Shown here: positions 8,097 through 16,416 of the stretch, piece by piece | Layout: every line of letters starts with the position of its first letter | How positions within the stretch are numbered: position 1 is the first letter of the stretch | Virus record (IMG/VR): IMGVR_UViG_3300048599_000879 | Location: 1 to 37,252 of that record | DNA length: 37,252 bases | Direction: 5' to 3' (one strand) | From: a virus | Taxonomy: Duplodnaviria; Caudoviricetes | The notes under the pieces: generated by a model | Told to the model about the DNA's origin: nothing | Database searches by the model: none | What the model saw: the letters and a program-made list of their open reading frames with translations, nothing else | Program-made: the position numbers and the translations under genes

Positions 8097-8537
8097 ATGA
8101 GCGAACAAGTTGTCCCCGACCAGCCAGCACTTCCGGCCGGCACCTACTGGCTCACTGTCATGCTGATTGGCAGTAGCAAGCTCTACGGCCAAACGATGCG
8201 CCTGCACTGGCCTCAACCGTTGCAGCCGTCGCAGCTCGGGTTCGTCGCCGGCGCTAACGCCTCCGACCTCGTGCCCGACGATCTAGCTGGCGCTGAACCC
8301 GGCATGTGGTGGCTGTTTCAGGCGTCGATGACCGACAGCTGGGGACGATCCGCGCTCGTGACGCAGCAGCTCCCTGTAGACCGGTCGCTAGTTCGCGATG
8401 AACTTGCGGGCGAGCTTGGCCGTGTCGCTCCTGAGACAGTCGCCTCGATGGGCGATACTCTGGTGAAGCTGTTGACGTCGTCGGAGCCGCGCAAACCGCT
8501 GGACGCCCACTGGCCGTCGTCCACGGCCAGGCATTGA
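8097..8537 (+). CDS. Hypothetical protein
   Basis: AGGAG RBS before ATG 8097. Confidence 0.65.
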   Translation: MSEQVVPDQPALPAGTYWLTVMLIGSSKLYGQTMRLHWPQPLQPSQLGFVAGANASDLVPDDLAGAEPGMWWLFQASMTDSWGRSALVTQQLPVDRSLVRDELAGELGRVAPETVASMGDTLVKLLTSSEPRKPLDAHWPSSTARH

Positions 8538-8545
8538 GGCGCACC

Positions 8546-8866
8546 ATGACGGATCCCGCCACACTGCCGCAGAAAGTGCGCGACGCCATCGGCGATCTTT
8601 GCGTGATCATCGGTGAAAATGCGACGCTCAAGAACGGCATCTATCGTGCCCGCGCTGCAGCGCTTGCCAAGCGTCTTGCACAGCCAGCCGATATCATCCT
8701 GTCGGACGACGAAATCGTCTTGGCAGTCGACATGGCCGAGGCCGTAGCGACGGCCGTCGTCGAAGGGCGGCCGCTCGAAGGGGCTGGGGTGTTGATGCGC
8801 GTAACCGAACGCGTCATCACGCCGATCACCGATGCCCTGGGATACCCCGGCGATGTCCGCAGCTGA
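8546..8866 (+). CDS. Hypothetical protein
   Basis: GAGG RBS before ATG 8546; helical protein. Confidence 0.65.
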   Translation: MTDPATLPQKVRDAIGDLCVIIGENATLKNGIYRARAAALAKRLAQPADIILSDDEIVLAVDMAEAVATAVVEGRPLEGAGVLMRVTERVITPITDALGYPGDVRS

Positions 8867-9200
8867 GCCTGGTGCGGCGGTCGCCGCGGAGCCGAAAGGC
8901 TCGCCTCTGTTCGAGAGCATGCCGGTGCTCGGCATGCTGCTCGCCTTCGACATGCGGTGGCGCCTATTCCGAGGGGCGCACCGACGCAACGACGAGATCA
9001 CGGAGCTGCATGAGCTCTATCGCGATCTGTCGGCCGAGATCCATCGGCTCGGTCTGGTGGAGCAGTTCACCGGCCGGCTTGGCTTCAAGGGCGATGCCAA
9101 GGATGCCTTTGCGCGATGCCTGGAGCTTGCCCGCGGCGCTGGCCTGCAGTGGCCAGACATCGTGGAGATCGTCAATCGCGCAGGAGAGGCAGGGCAATGA
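8853..9200 (+). CDS. Hypothetical protein
   Basis: Overlaps the preceding gene; ATGA-coupled to gemA. Start uncertain. Confidence 0.6.
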   Translation: MSAAEPGAAVAAEPKGSPLFESMPVLGMLLAFDMRWRLFRGAHRRNDEITELHELYRDLSAEIHRLGLVEQFTGRLGFKGDAKDAFARCLELARGAGLQWPDIVEIVNRAGEAGQ

Positions 9201-9904
9201 GTGCACGTCGAAAGCCGATGCCGCGACTTCCAGGTGCTGCCGATCCGCGCAAGCGGCTGCTGGCGAAGGTACATGCGATGGCGAAGGAGCTGGCGCTCAG
9301 TGACGACAGCTACCGTGATGTGCTGAGCCGAATCGCCGGCCAGCGCTCGGCGGCGCTTTGCTCGGACGAGCAGCTCTACCAGGTCGTTCAGGAGTTCACG
9401 CGGCTTGGCGCCGGCAAGAAGCGCAGCGGCCGGCCCATCGCCGATTCGCCGATGGCGCTGCGGTGTCGCGCCTTGTGGATCACGCTTTGGAACCTGGACG
9501 AACTCGACAACGGGTCCGAGCATGCGCTCGCGTCCTTCGTCCGCCGCCAGACGGGGCGCGAGGACATGCGCTTCTGCACTGCCGAGCAGCTGTCTGACGT
9601 GATCGAGGCGCTGAAGGACATGTGCAGCCGCGCCGGCATCGACATGTCACGAGGCGCCAGCGTCCTGATCCCGAAGCGGAACCTGGTGCGCGAGCAATGG
9701 GCCCGTCTGCATGCGAGCGGATGGGCGCGGATCGGTGGCGACTCCGGGCTGGCGAGCTTCGCGCATTCGACCTGGTGCACGCCGAACGCCCGCACCGTCG
9801 AGCAGATGGAAGCGGCGCATCTGGACAAGCTCGCCTCAAAGCTCGGTCAGCTCGTGCGCAGCGGGAAGCTCGGCCGCCGTCGCGACCAGGTCGACGCCTG
9901 CTAA
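9197..9904 (+). CDS. gemA: GemA (Mu gp16) family protein
   Basis: LLAKVHAMAKELALSDDSYRDVL...SA, ALWITL...ALASFVRRQTG, VIEALK. Confidence 0.88.
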   Translation: MSARRKPMPRLPGAADPRKRLLAKVHAMAKELALSDDSYRDVLSRIAGQRSAALCSDEQLYQVVQEFTRLGAGKKRSGRPIADSPMALRCRALWITLWNLDELDNGSEHALASFVRRQTGREDMRFCTAEQLSDVIEALKDMCSRAGIDMSRGASVLIPKRNLVREQWARLHASGWARIGGDSGLASFAHSTWCTPNARTVEQMEAAHLDKLASKLGQLVRSGKLGRRRDQVDAC

Positions 9905-9906
9905 TC

Positions 9907-10365
9907 ATGCCAAAGGCTGATCTCGATCCCCGCATCGCATTTTTGCCTGGCCAGCTCCGGCCGGTGGCGGAGCTGTGCGGCTTCGACGAGGTGGAGACCT
10001 TGATCGAGCACTTCGGCGGCATGCGCGTCTATGTGCCCAGCGTGGTCGTATCGGCGGCGATCGCCCGGAAGTGCGGCGCTGGCGTCGCTGGGGCGCTCCG
10101 CCAGTGCTACGGCGGCGACTATGTCGTCGTCCCGCTCGCCCGTACCCTTGCAAAGGCCCGCAAGCACGACGCCATCCGGCGCGACACCCGTCCGGCCTCC
10201 GTGATCGCGCGCGAATGGCGCATGAGCGTCAACTCCGTGTATCGTATTCGCGGCCAGGCCGAAGCCGTTGCGACGCCCACGGCACCAGTGCCGCGGCGGA
10301 CTAGGCCGGATCTTGGCATCATGGACATTGAGGAAGTGATCGCCCGTCAGGCTCGTAAAGCCTAA
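9907..10365 (+). CDS. mor: Mor/C-family late transcription activator
   Basis: LIEHFGGMRVYVP, YGGDYVVVP and a C-terminal HTH IAREWRMSVNSVYRI; sits between gemA and the lysis genes. Confidence 0.82.
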   Translation: MPKADLDPRIAFLPGQLRPVAELCGFDEVETLIEHFGGMRVYVPSVVVSAAIARKCGAGVAGALRQCYGGDYVVVPLARTLAKARKHDAIRRDTRPASVIAREWRMSVNSVYRIRGQAEAVATPTAPVPRRTRPDLGIMDIEEVIARQARKA

Positions 10366-10370
10366 TCTCG

Positions 10371-10417
10371 CAACACCCCGTGTTGGCATGATCGCGGCGG
10401 CAGAGTGATCATAGTTT
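10371..10417 (+). promoter_or_regulatory. Late promoter upstream of the lysis genes (Plys-like)
   Basis: CCCGTGTTGGCATGATC-N16-CATAG with -10-like TAGTTT; dyad CAACAC-CCC-GTGTTG; motif repeated at 18527. Confidence 0.7.
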
Positions 10418-10441
10418 CCCAGGCATCCCCAGGAGGATGCA

Positions 10442-10999
10442 ATGGGCGCAGATCACTCGCAGTTTCTACTCTCTGACAAAGTCGAAGCCCTGATCACGCG
10501 CTTGATCGAGCGCGAAAAGGGCTACGTCGATCATCCGGCCGACAATGGCGGCCCGACGAATTACGGCATCACGCTCGCCGCCCTTGCCGAGTGGCGTCGT
10601 GCGCCTGTCACCGCCTTTCAGGTGAAGACGCTGTCAGAAGCCGAAGCGCGGTTGATCTATCGTGACCGCTACTTCTTCAAGCCGGGATTCGACGCAATCG
10701 CAGACCCTGAGTTTCAGGAGTTCCTGTTCGACTTCGCGGTCAATTCCGGGCCAGGCGCGGCGATCATCGCCTTGCAGACGGCGTTGAAGCAAATGGGCCT
10801 CTACTCCGACAAGATTGACGGTGGCCTCGGACCCAACACGCGGCGAGCCATTGCGGCCTGCAACAACATTCCGCAGCTCTACTACATGACGAAGTGCGAG
10901 CGGTACGAGCTGCTCCTTCGCTTCATCGGTCGTGACGCGCGCCAGGCAGTCTTTGCTGCGGGTTGGGCAAACCGGCTGGACGAGCTCCAGGACGCCTGA
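10442..10999 (+). CDS. Endolysin, glycoside hydrolase family 108
   Basis: EKGYVDHPADNGGPTNYGIT, FDFAVNSG, DGGLGPNT, GWANRL; AGGAGG RBS. Confidence 0.92.
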   Translation: MGADHSQFLLSDKVEALITRLIEREKGYVDHPADNGGPTNYGITLAALAEWRRAPVTAFQVKTLSEAEARLIYRDRYFFKPGFDAIADPEFQEFLFDFAVNSGPGAAIIALQTALKQMGLYSDKIDGGLGPNTRRAIAACNNIPQLYYMTKCERYELLLRFIGRDARQAVFAAGWANRLDELQDA

Positions 11000-11265
11000 T
11001 GTTCAAGGTCTTCCTCAAGGAGATCTTCGTCGGCGACGCCAATTGGGCATGGCGCCGGCGCGTCGCCTTGAGCAGCGCGGCCGTCATGCTGGCAGGAATC
11101 CTGAACTCGATCTTCTGGGACAAGGATCTCGCGCACGCAACTATGATCATGTCGAACTGCATGACCGGTCTGACCCTGGTGTTCACGGTCTACGTCGGCG
11201 GTGCGATCGTCGACGATCAGTACAAGCGCAAGACCGACCCGTCGGGACGCGAGAGCAAGCCATGA
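10999..11265 (+). CDS. Putative holin (two transmembrane segments)
   Basis: TGATG overlap with the endolysin; two hydrophobic helices and a charged C-terminus. Confidence 0.65.
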   Translation: MFKVFLKEIFVGDANWAWRRRVALSSAAVMLAGILNSIFWDKDLAHATMIMSNCMTGLTLVFTVYVGGAIVDDQYKRKTDPSGRESKP

Positions 11266-11855
11266 CAGCCGTCACCGCCGCCTTCGCCTTCGTTCGCGCC
11301 AACTGGACTTGGCTGTTGCCGGTTATCTGCGTGGGGCTCGCCTTGACCTGGGCGGCGATCGAGCGCGACGGCCGCCAGCGCTGCGAACTCGCCTGGGCGC
11401 GCGAACGCGATGCCCAGCAAAAGGCGATCCTGGCCCAAAAGGAACGGGACCGGATCCTCGGTGCGCAGATCCAGGCCGAGCTCGCCGACCAGAACGCCCG
11501 CATCGATCGAACTGCCACCAAACACTCGGAGCGCATCCGCTATGTCGAGGTCACTACGAATTGCGAGCGCGCTCCTGCTATGCGCGCTGCTGACGATGGG
11601 CTGCTCGACCTCGGCTTTTCCCGTGAAGCGGGACCCGCCGCCGGCAGAATTCCTGGTCAAGCCGGAGGAGCCGCGACTCGCCCCTGCCGGCGCGGACGAC
11701 GTAGCCAAGGCAGAGGAGCGACTTCGCTTCGGCGTGGCCTATCGCAAGCTGGAGCGGAAGTTCGACGGCTTAGTGTGTTGGGTGCTGGAGCGGCCTCCAC
11801 CTTGCGGAGTTTCAGCACCGGAGAGCAGCGCAACCAGGTTGCCGGAGTAGCGTAA
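11262..11855 (+). CDS. Inner-membrane spanin (Rz-like)
   Basis: N-terminal TM WTWLLPVICVGLALTWAA followed by coiled coil; ATGA overlap with the holin. Confidence 0.7.
   Translation: MTAVTAAFAFVRANWTWLLPVICVGLALTWAAIERDGRQRCELAWARERDAQQKAILAQKERDRILGAQIQAELADQNARIDRTATKHSERIRYVEVTTNCERAPAMRAADDGLLDLGFSREAGPAAGRIPGQAGGAATRPCRRGRRSQGRGATSLRRGLSQAGAEVRRLSVLGAGAASTLRSFSTGEQRNQVAGVA
11542..11850 (+). CDS. Outer-membrane spanin lipoprotein (Rz1-like), nested in the i-spanin
   Basis: GGAG at 11528, ATG 11542, signal MSRSLRIASALLLCALLTMGC and a Pro-rich mature part; +1 frame inside the i-spanin. Confidence 0.78.
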   Translation: MSRSLRIASALLLCALLTMGCSTSAFPVKRDPPPAEFLVKPEEPRLAPAGADDVAKAEERLRFGVAYRKLERKFDGLVCWVLERPPPCGVSAPESSATRLPE

Positions 11856-12209
11856 ATGGATTGGGAACTTGCTCTCAAGGTTGGCCAAGGTGTCCTCGTG
11901 GTGGTGCAGGCCGGCGTAGTTGTCGTCATGTGGGCAGCGGCCAAGCACTTCGCGACGAAGGACGAGCTCGCCAAGGCGACAGCGCTTGGCAACGATGCTC
12001 ACCATCGCCTGGATCTGCTGGAACAGCGCATGACGCAAATGCCCACGCACGACGATATCGGTGTGTTGGGTGAACGCATCGGCAGTCTCGACCAGGCAAC
12101 CGCGCGTCTCTCAGAACAAGTGAAGGGGCTCGATCGGACGACAGCATCCATTGACGGCGCAGTCGAACGGATCGAACAGCATCTCCTAGACATGAAGAGG
12201 GCCGCATGA
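11856..12209 (+). CDS. DUF2730 / Mu gp25-like membrane protein
   Basis: N-terminal TM, FATKDEL, RLDLLEQRMTQMPTHDDI and coiled coil; syntenic with Mu gp25. Confidence 0.75.
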   Translation: MDWELALKVGQGVLVVVQAGVVVVMWAAAKHFATKDELAKATALGNDAHHRLDLLEQRMTQMPTHDDIGVLGERIGSLDQATARLSEQVKGLDRTTASIDGAVERIEQHLLDMKRAA

Positions 12210-12520
12210 GCACTCCAGATTACGCGCGCGTTCTGCGGCGAACCCGCCGGCGGGCCATCTTGGAGATCCTGGCGGAAGCCGACGAGAACGCTGCCAGCGA
12301 AATCATGCTGGAGCCGGTCCTTGCCGCACGCCGGGTCTATGGCAGCGATCGCGATGCCATTCGCACCGAGATTGCCTGGCTGGGTGATCAGGGCCTGGTG
12401 AAGGTCGAAGACATCGGCGGTGTCCTCTTCTGCACACTCCTGGCTGGTGGTGCTTCGATTGCCGCCGGCCGTCGCGTCCACCCGGACGTGGAGAAGCGCC
12501 CTCTCAATCGCGAGGCGTGA
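12206..12520 (+). CDS. Mu gp26-like winged-helix protein
   Basis: RRRAILEILAE...SDRDAIRTEIAWLGDQGLV...GRRVHPDV; synteny. Confidence 0.78.
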   Translation: MSTPDYARVLRRTRRRAILEILAEADENAASEIMLEPVLAARRVYGSDRDAIRTEIAWLGDQGLVKVEDIGGVLFCTLLAGGASIAAGRRVHPDVEKRPLNREA

Positions 12521-12521
12521 C

Positions 12522-13127
12522 GTGAACGACGACGGCACTCCTGACGACGACAACGTAGTCGAGCTGAAACCGGGCCAACGGAAGCGCAAGCGGCTGAGCA
12601 CTATCGACGTGCTCCCGGCCGATATCCGCCGTGAGCTCGACGCGGCGATCGAGGAAGGCCGGCTGTCGGTCGATGACCTTTGGGCGCTGGTGCACAACAA
12701 GGGTGGCGACGTCAGCCGATCGGCGGTCGGCAGATACAAGGTCCGCGAAGAGCGTGCCCTTGCCGTGTTCCGTCAGTCCCAGGAGATGGCGAAGTACTTC
12801 GCCCAGGAACGCGAGCGTGATCCGCACGGGCCGGTATCGCAGCTCAATAACGAGCTGCTGAAGTCGACGCTCTTCCAGCGCCTCATGAGCTTGTCGCCGA
12901 AGGACGCGGAGAAGGCAAGCCCCAAGGACCTGTCATTGCTCGCGTCTGCCGTTCAGCGCGCCGCCAGCACCGACAAGATCACCACCGAGCGCGAGATCCT
13001 CATTGCCAAACGGGCTGTTGAGAAAGAGCGGCGCAAGCAAGAATCGGCTCTCACGCAAGCAGAGAAGAAGGGCGAGATCGACCCAACGCTGGCGCAACGC
13101 GCTCGCGAGATCATGTTCGGCAGGTAA
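12522..13127 (+). CDS. Mu gp27-like (DUF3486) putative small terminase
   Basis: STIDVLPADIRREL and VSRSAVGRY; GAGG before GTG 12522; directly upstream of TerL. Confidence 0.82.
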   Translation: MNDDGTPDDDNVVELKPGQRKRKRLSTIDVLPADIRRELDAAIEEGRLSVDDLWALVHNKGGDVSRSAVGRYKVREERALAVFRQSQEMAKYFAQERERDPHGPVSQLNNELLKSTLFQRLMSLSPKDAEKASPKDLSLLASAVQRAASTDKITTEREILIAKRAVEKERRKQESALTQAEKKGEIDPTLAQRAREIMFGR

Positions 13128-13131
13128 GAGC

Positions 13132-14592
13132 ATGGCGATGCCATTCAAGCCCGTCATCGAATGGCTGCCCTATCAGCGAGCCTACAAGGAGGACAAGGCG
13201 CGGTTCAAAGCGGCGCATTGGTCGCGCCAAGCCGGCAAGAGCTTAACGAACGCCGGTGAAGCCTTCGACGACTGCCTAGAATTCATGATCCAGCGGAAGC
13301 GGACACGCTGGGTCATCCTCAGTCGCGGTGAGCGGCAATCCAAGGAGGTCATGGACGAGGCTCTAAAGCCAATGAGCCGAGCCTACTGGGAGATCTACAA
13401 CGAACTGCGGTCCGGTTATGACGCGCCGACGGTGGAGGAAGGCGTATTTCGTGTTCCCCGGTCCCAGTCGGATCGAATCGACAACGACTACAAGACGCTG
13501 GAGATGATCTTCCCTCACGGCGGCCGCATCACCGCCGTGCCGGCAAATCCCGATACCGCGCGAGGCTTCAGCGCAAATCTGCTGTTGGATGAGTTCGCAC
13601 TTCATGCCGACAGTGAGAGGATCTGGGCGGCCTGCTTTCCGATCGTGTCTCGTGCCGGGCTCAAGCTGCGCGTAGCGTCGACCGGCAACGGCAAGAAAAA
13701 CATGTTCTACAAGATCATGACGAACGGCGATCCAATCTGGTCCCGGCACGTCATCGACATTCATCGTGCCGTTAGGGAAGGGCTGGATCGCAATGTCGAA
13801 GAGCTGCGACGGGGCCTCAACGACGAGGAAGTCTGGCGCCAGGAGTATGAGTGCGCCTGGCTGGACGATATGGGCGCGCTGTTGCTCATGGACGACATCT
13901 TGGCTTGCGAGTCGGAGGGCGCTGGCGATCCGTCGCAGTATCAGGGTGGCCTTGTCTACCTAGGCAACGATATTGCGGCGCGCGGCGATCTCTGGGTCCT
14001 GGTGGCACTCGAAGAAGTTGGCGATGTGCTGGTCACACGCGAGCTGGTGGTGAAGAGGAACATCTCCTTCGCGGAGCAGGACGCCATCATGGCGGACTTC
14101 TTCAATCGATACCGCGTTGTCCGACTAGCGATGGACCAAACGAGCATGGGAGAGAAGCCTGCCGAGGATGCCAAGCGACGGTACGGGGCGAGTCGCGTGG
14201 ACGGCGTGTTGTTCAGCACGGGTAGCAAGCTTCGGATTGCTACTTTCCTGCAGCAGCGAACGCAGAACAGGCACATCCGATACCCAATGGGCGATTCGCT
14301 GCTCCGCGCGGATCTGACGAAGGTCAAGCGCGTGCAGGGACCGACCGGAGGCGTCCGGCTTGTCGCGGAGAGCGATCAGACTGGCCATGCGGATCGCTTC
14401 TGGGCTTTCGCACTCGCTGCGTCGGCCGCGGCCGGTCAGGGATGGGACGCTGGCTACACGCCCGTGAACACTCATGGCCGTGACCGCTACATCGGCGCTG
14501 CCGTGGACCGTCGATTCACCAACACACCCGATTCCAGCGAAGATGACGTGCAGGAGTTCCTGGCCGGCCTTCGCCGCGGCAAGTATCACTGA
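13132..14592 (+). CDS. Terminase large subunit (Mu gp28-like)
   Basis: WLPYQ, SRQAGKS, PANPDTARG, LLLDEFA, WRQEYEC, GNDIA, HADRFWA. Confidence 0.93.
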   Translation: MAMPFKPVIEWLPYQRAYKEDKARFKAAHWSRQAGKSLTNAGEAFDDCLEFMIQRKRTRWVILSRGERQSKEVMDEALKPMSRAYWEIYNELRSGYDAPTVEEGVFRVPRSQSDRIDNDYKTLEMIFPHGGRITAVPANPDTARGFSANLLLDEFALHADSERIWAACFPIVSRAGLKLRVASTGNGKKNMFYKIMTNGDPIWSRHVIDIHRAVREGLDRNVEELRRGLNDEEVWRQEYECAWLDDMGALLLMDDILACESEGAGDPSQYQGGLVYLGNDIAARGDLWVLVALEEVGDVLVTRELVVKRNISFAEQDAIMADFFNRYRVVRLAMDQTSMGEKPAEDAKRRYGASRVDGVLFSTGSKLRIATFLQQRTQNRHIRYPMGDSLLRADLTKVKRVQGPTGGVRLVAESDQTGHADRFWAFALAASAAAGQGWDAGYTPVNTHGRDRYIGAAVDRRFTNTPDSSEDDVQEFLAGLRRGKYH

Positions 14593-14600
14593 GGCGCAAC

Positions 14601-16208
14601 ATGGCTTCCCGTCAATCGAGCATCGTCGATTCGTCCGGCCGTCCCTTCGTCATCGAAACCTTCGATCGGGAGATCGCCGGACCAACCGTCACTGGCGTAC
14701 GCCGCCATCCCGACAGCGACGTTATGCGCGGTATCACACCTCAGCGTATGGCTTCGATCCTGATCGACGCCAAGACCGGCTCGCCCGAGCGGTATTGGGA
14801 GCTGGCCGAGGAGATGGAGGAGCGCGACCCGCACTATACGTCTGTGCTCGGCACCCGCAAACGCGCCGTCGCGCAGCTCGCCGTCAAGGTCGAAGCGTCA
14901 TCTGCCAGCAAGCGCGACGTCGAGATCGCCGACACCTTGCGGAAGTGGACTCGCCGGAAGCGTCTGCAGCCGGAGCTCTTCGATATGCTGGATGCCGTTG
15001 GTAAGGGCATCAGCTGTTGCGAGATTGTATGGGGTCGCGGTCCCGACTTGTGGATGCCGGCTCGTCTCGTACACCGGCCAATGACATGGTTCGTGTTTGA
15101 CCAGCTCGAAAAGGAAACGCCGCGGCTTCGCACCGACACGGCCCCCTTGGGCGAAGAGCTGATGCCAGGAAAATGGCTGGTGCATAGGCATCCTGCCAAG
15201 ACCGGCCTCAGCGTACGTAGTGGCATCGCCTTCATCGTCGCCTGGACGGTTATGTTCACCCGCTTCAGCGAGTCCGATTGGATTGCCTTCGCTGACACCT
15301 ATGGCCAGCCCTTCAGGCTGGGCAAGTATCCGCCTGGAACCGATGGCGCGGCAATCCGTACGTTGATGCACGCTGTGTCGATGATGGGCGCCGACGCCGC
15401 GGCCGTCGTGCCGGACAGCATGTCGATGGAGATCGTCCAGGCGGCCAAGAGCGATGGCGCCATGTTCGCCACGCTGGCCAGCTACTTCAATCGGATGAAG
15501 TCCAAGCTGGTGCTGGGCCAGGAGACGACCACCGAGGCGATCGCCGGTGGCCACGCCGTCAGCAAGGAGCAGAACGAGGTCCGGGGCGACATTCGGGACT
15601 CCGACGCCGTCCTGGTGGCGTGCACGCTCCAGGAGCAGCTGGTCGACGTGTGGACCCGGATCAACTACGGCCCGGACATTGACCCGCCGATCATCTCGCT
15701 CGACTTCGAGGAGAATGAGGACGTCAAGGCGACGCTGGACGGTGCCTTTGGCATCGCCGATCGCGGCGGCAAGGTTTCGGTGAAGCAGCTGCGTGACAAG
15801 CTTGGCCTGATCGAGCCGGCTGAAGGCGACGAGCTGCTCGGCCGGTCCGGCATAGCTGAACCGGATGCGGAGCCGGCAGATCGCGTGCCGGGTTCGCTGC
15901 GATCACGGCTGGCAGCGACCAACGCCACGCGACAGCAGATCGCTCTGGCGGCCAACGCGGCGGCGACCGCCCAGCGCGAAGCGGCTGTCCAGGATGAGCT
16001 GCTCGCCGCGCTCGAGGAGGCCGGGCAGCCGATGGTGGATGGCTGGCTCGAACAGATCCGCGTCGCCGTCAACGAGGCGACCTCACTAGAAGATTTGGCC
16101 GTCAGGTTGCTTGAGCTCTATCCGAAACTCGAAACTGCCAACCTGGCGGCAGTGATTGGCCAGGCGATGAGCTTGTCTAACGTGAGTGGACAGGATCTTG
16201 ATGCATAA
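14601..16208 (+). CDS. Portal protein (Mu gp29, DUF935)
   Basis: ELAEEMEERDPH..SVLGTRKRAV, YGQPFRLGKY, SKLVLGQETT. Confidence 0.92.
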   Translation: MASRQSSIVDSSGRPFVIETFDREIAGPTVTGVRRHPDSDVMRGITPQRMASILIDAKTGSPERYWELAEEMEERDPHYTSVLGTRKRAVAQLAVKVEASSASKRDVEIADTLRKWTRRKRLQPELFDMLDAVGKGISCCEIVWGRGPDLWMPARLVHRPMTWFVFDQLEKETPRLRTDTAPLGEELMPGKWLVHRHPAKTGLSVRSGIAFIVAWTVMFTRFSESDWIAFADTYGQPFRLGKYPPGTDGAAIRTLMHAVSMMGADAAAVVPDSMSMEIVQAAKSDGAMFATLASYFNRMKSKLVLGQETTTEAIAGGHAVSKEQNEVRGDIRDSDAVLVACTLQEQLVDVWTRINYGPDIDPPIISLDFEENEDVKATLDGAFGIADRGGKVSVKQLRDKLGLIEPAEGDELLGRSGIAEPDAEPADRVPGSLRSRLAATNATRQQIALAANAAATAQREAAVQDELLAALEEAGQPMVDGWLEQIRVAVNEATSLEDLAVRLLELYPKLETANLAAVIGQAMSLSNVSGQDLDA

Positions 16209-16416
16209 CCGCCGCGGTCTCACGGAGTCAGAGCGAGATCTGTTCGAAATGCTCCACGACCGGCTGGCCGTGGCGCGCGATCGTGTGAACGTCGCGCTGC
16301 GCGAGAACACTGTCGATCATGCCTTGCCCTGTTTGCAAGACGTAGAGCGAGTCTATCAAGGTGCAGTCGTGCTGAGGGCGTTGCTGCGTGACCCGATGGG
16401 GCTGAATGCCACTTGA
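16201..16416 (+). CDS. Small hypothetical protein between portal and MuF
   Basis: ATG 16201 overlaps the portal end, preceded by AGGA; its stop overlaps the MuF start. 71 aa, helical. Confidence 0.6.
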   Translation: MHNRRGLTESERDLFEMLHDRLAVARDRVNVALRENTVDHALPCLQDVERVYQGAVVLRALLRDPMGLNAT

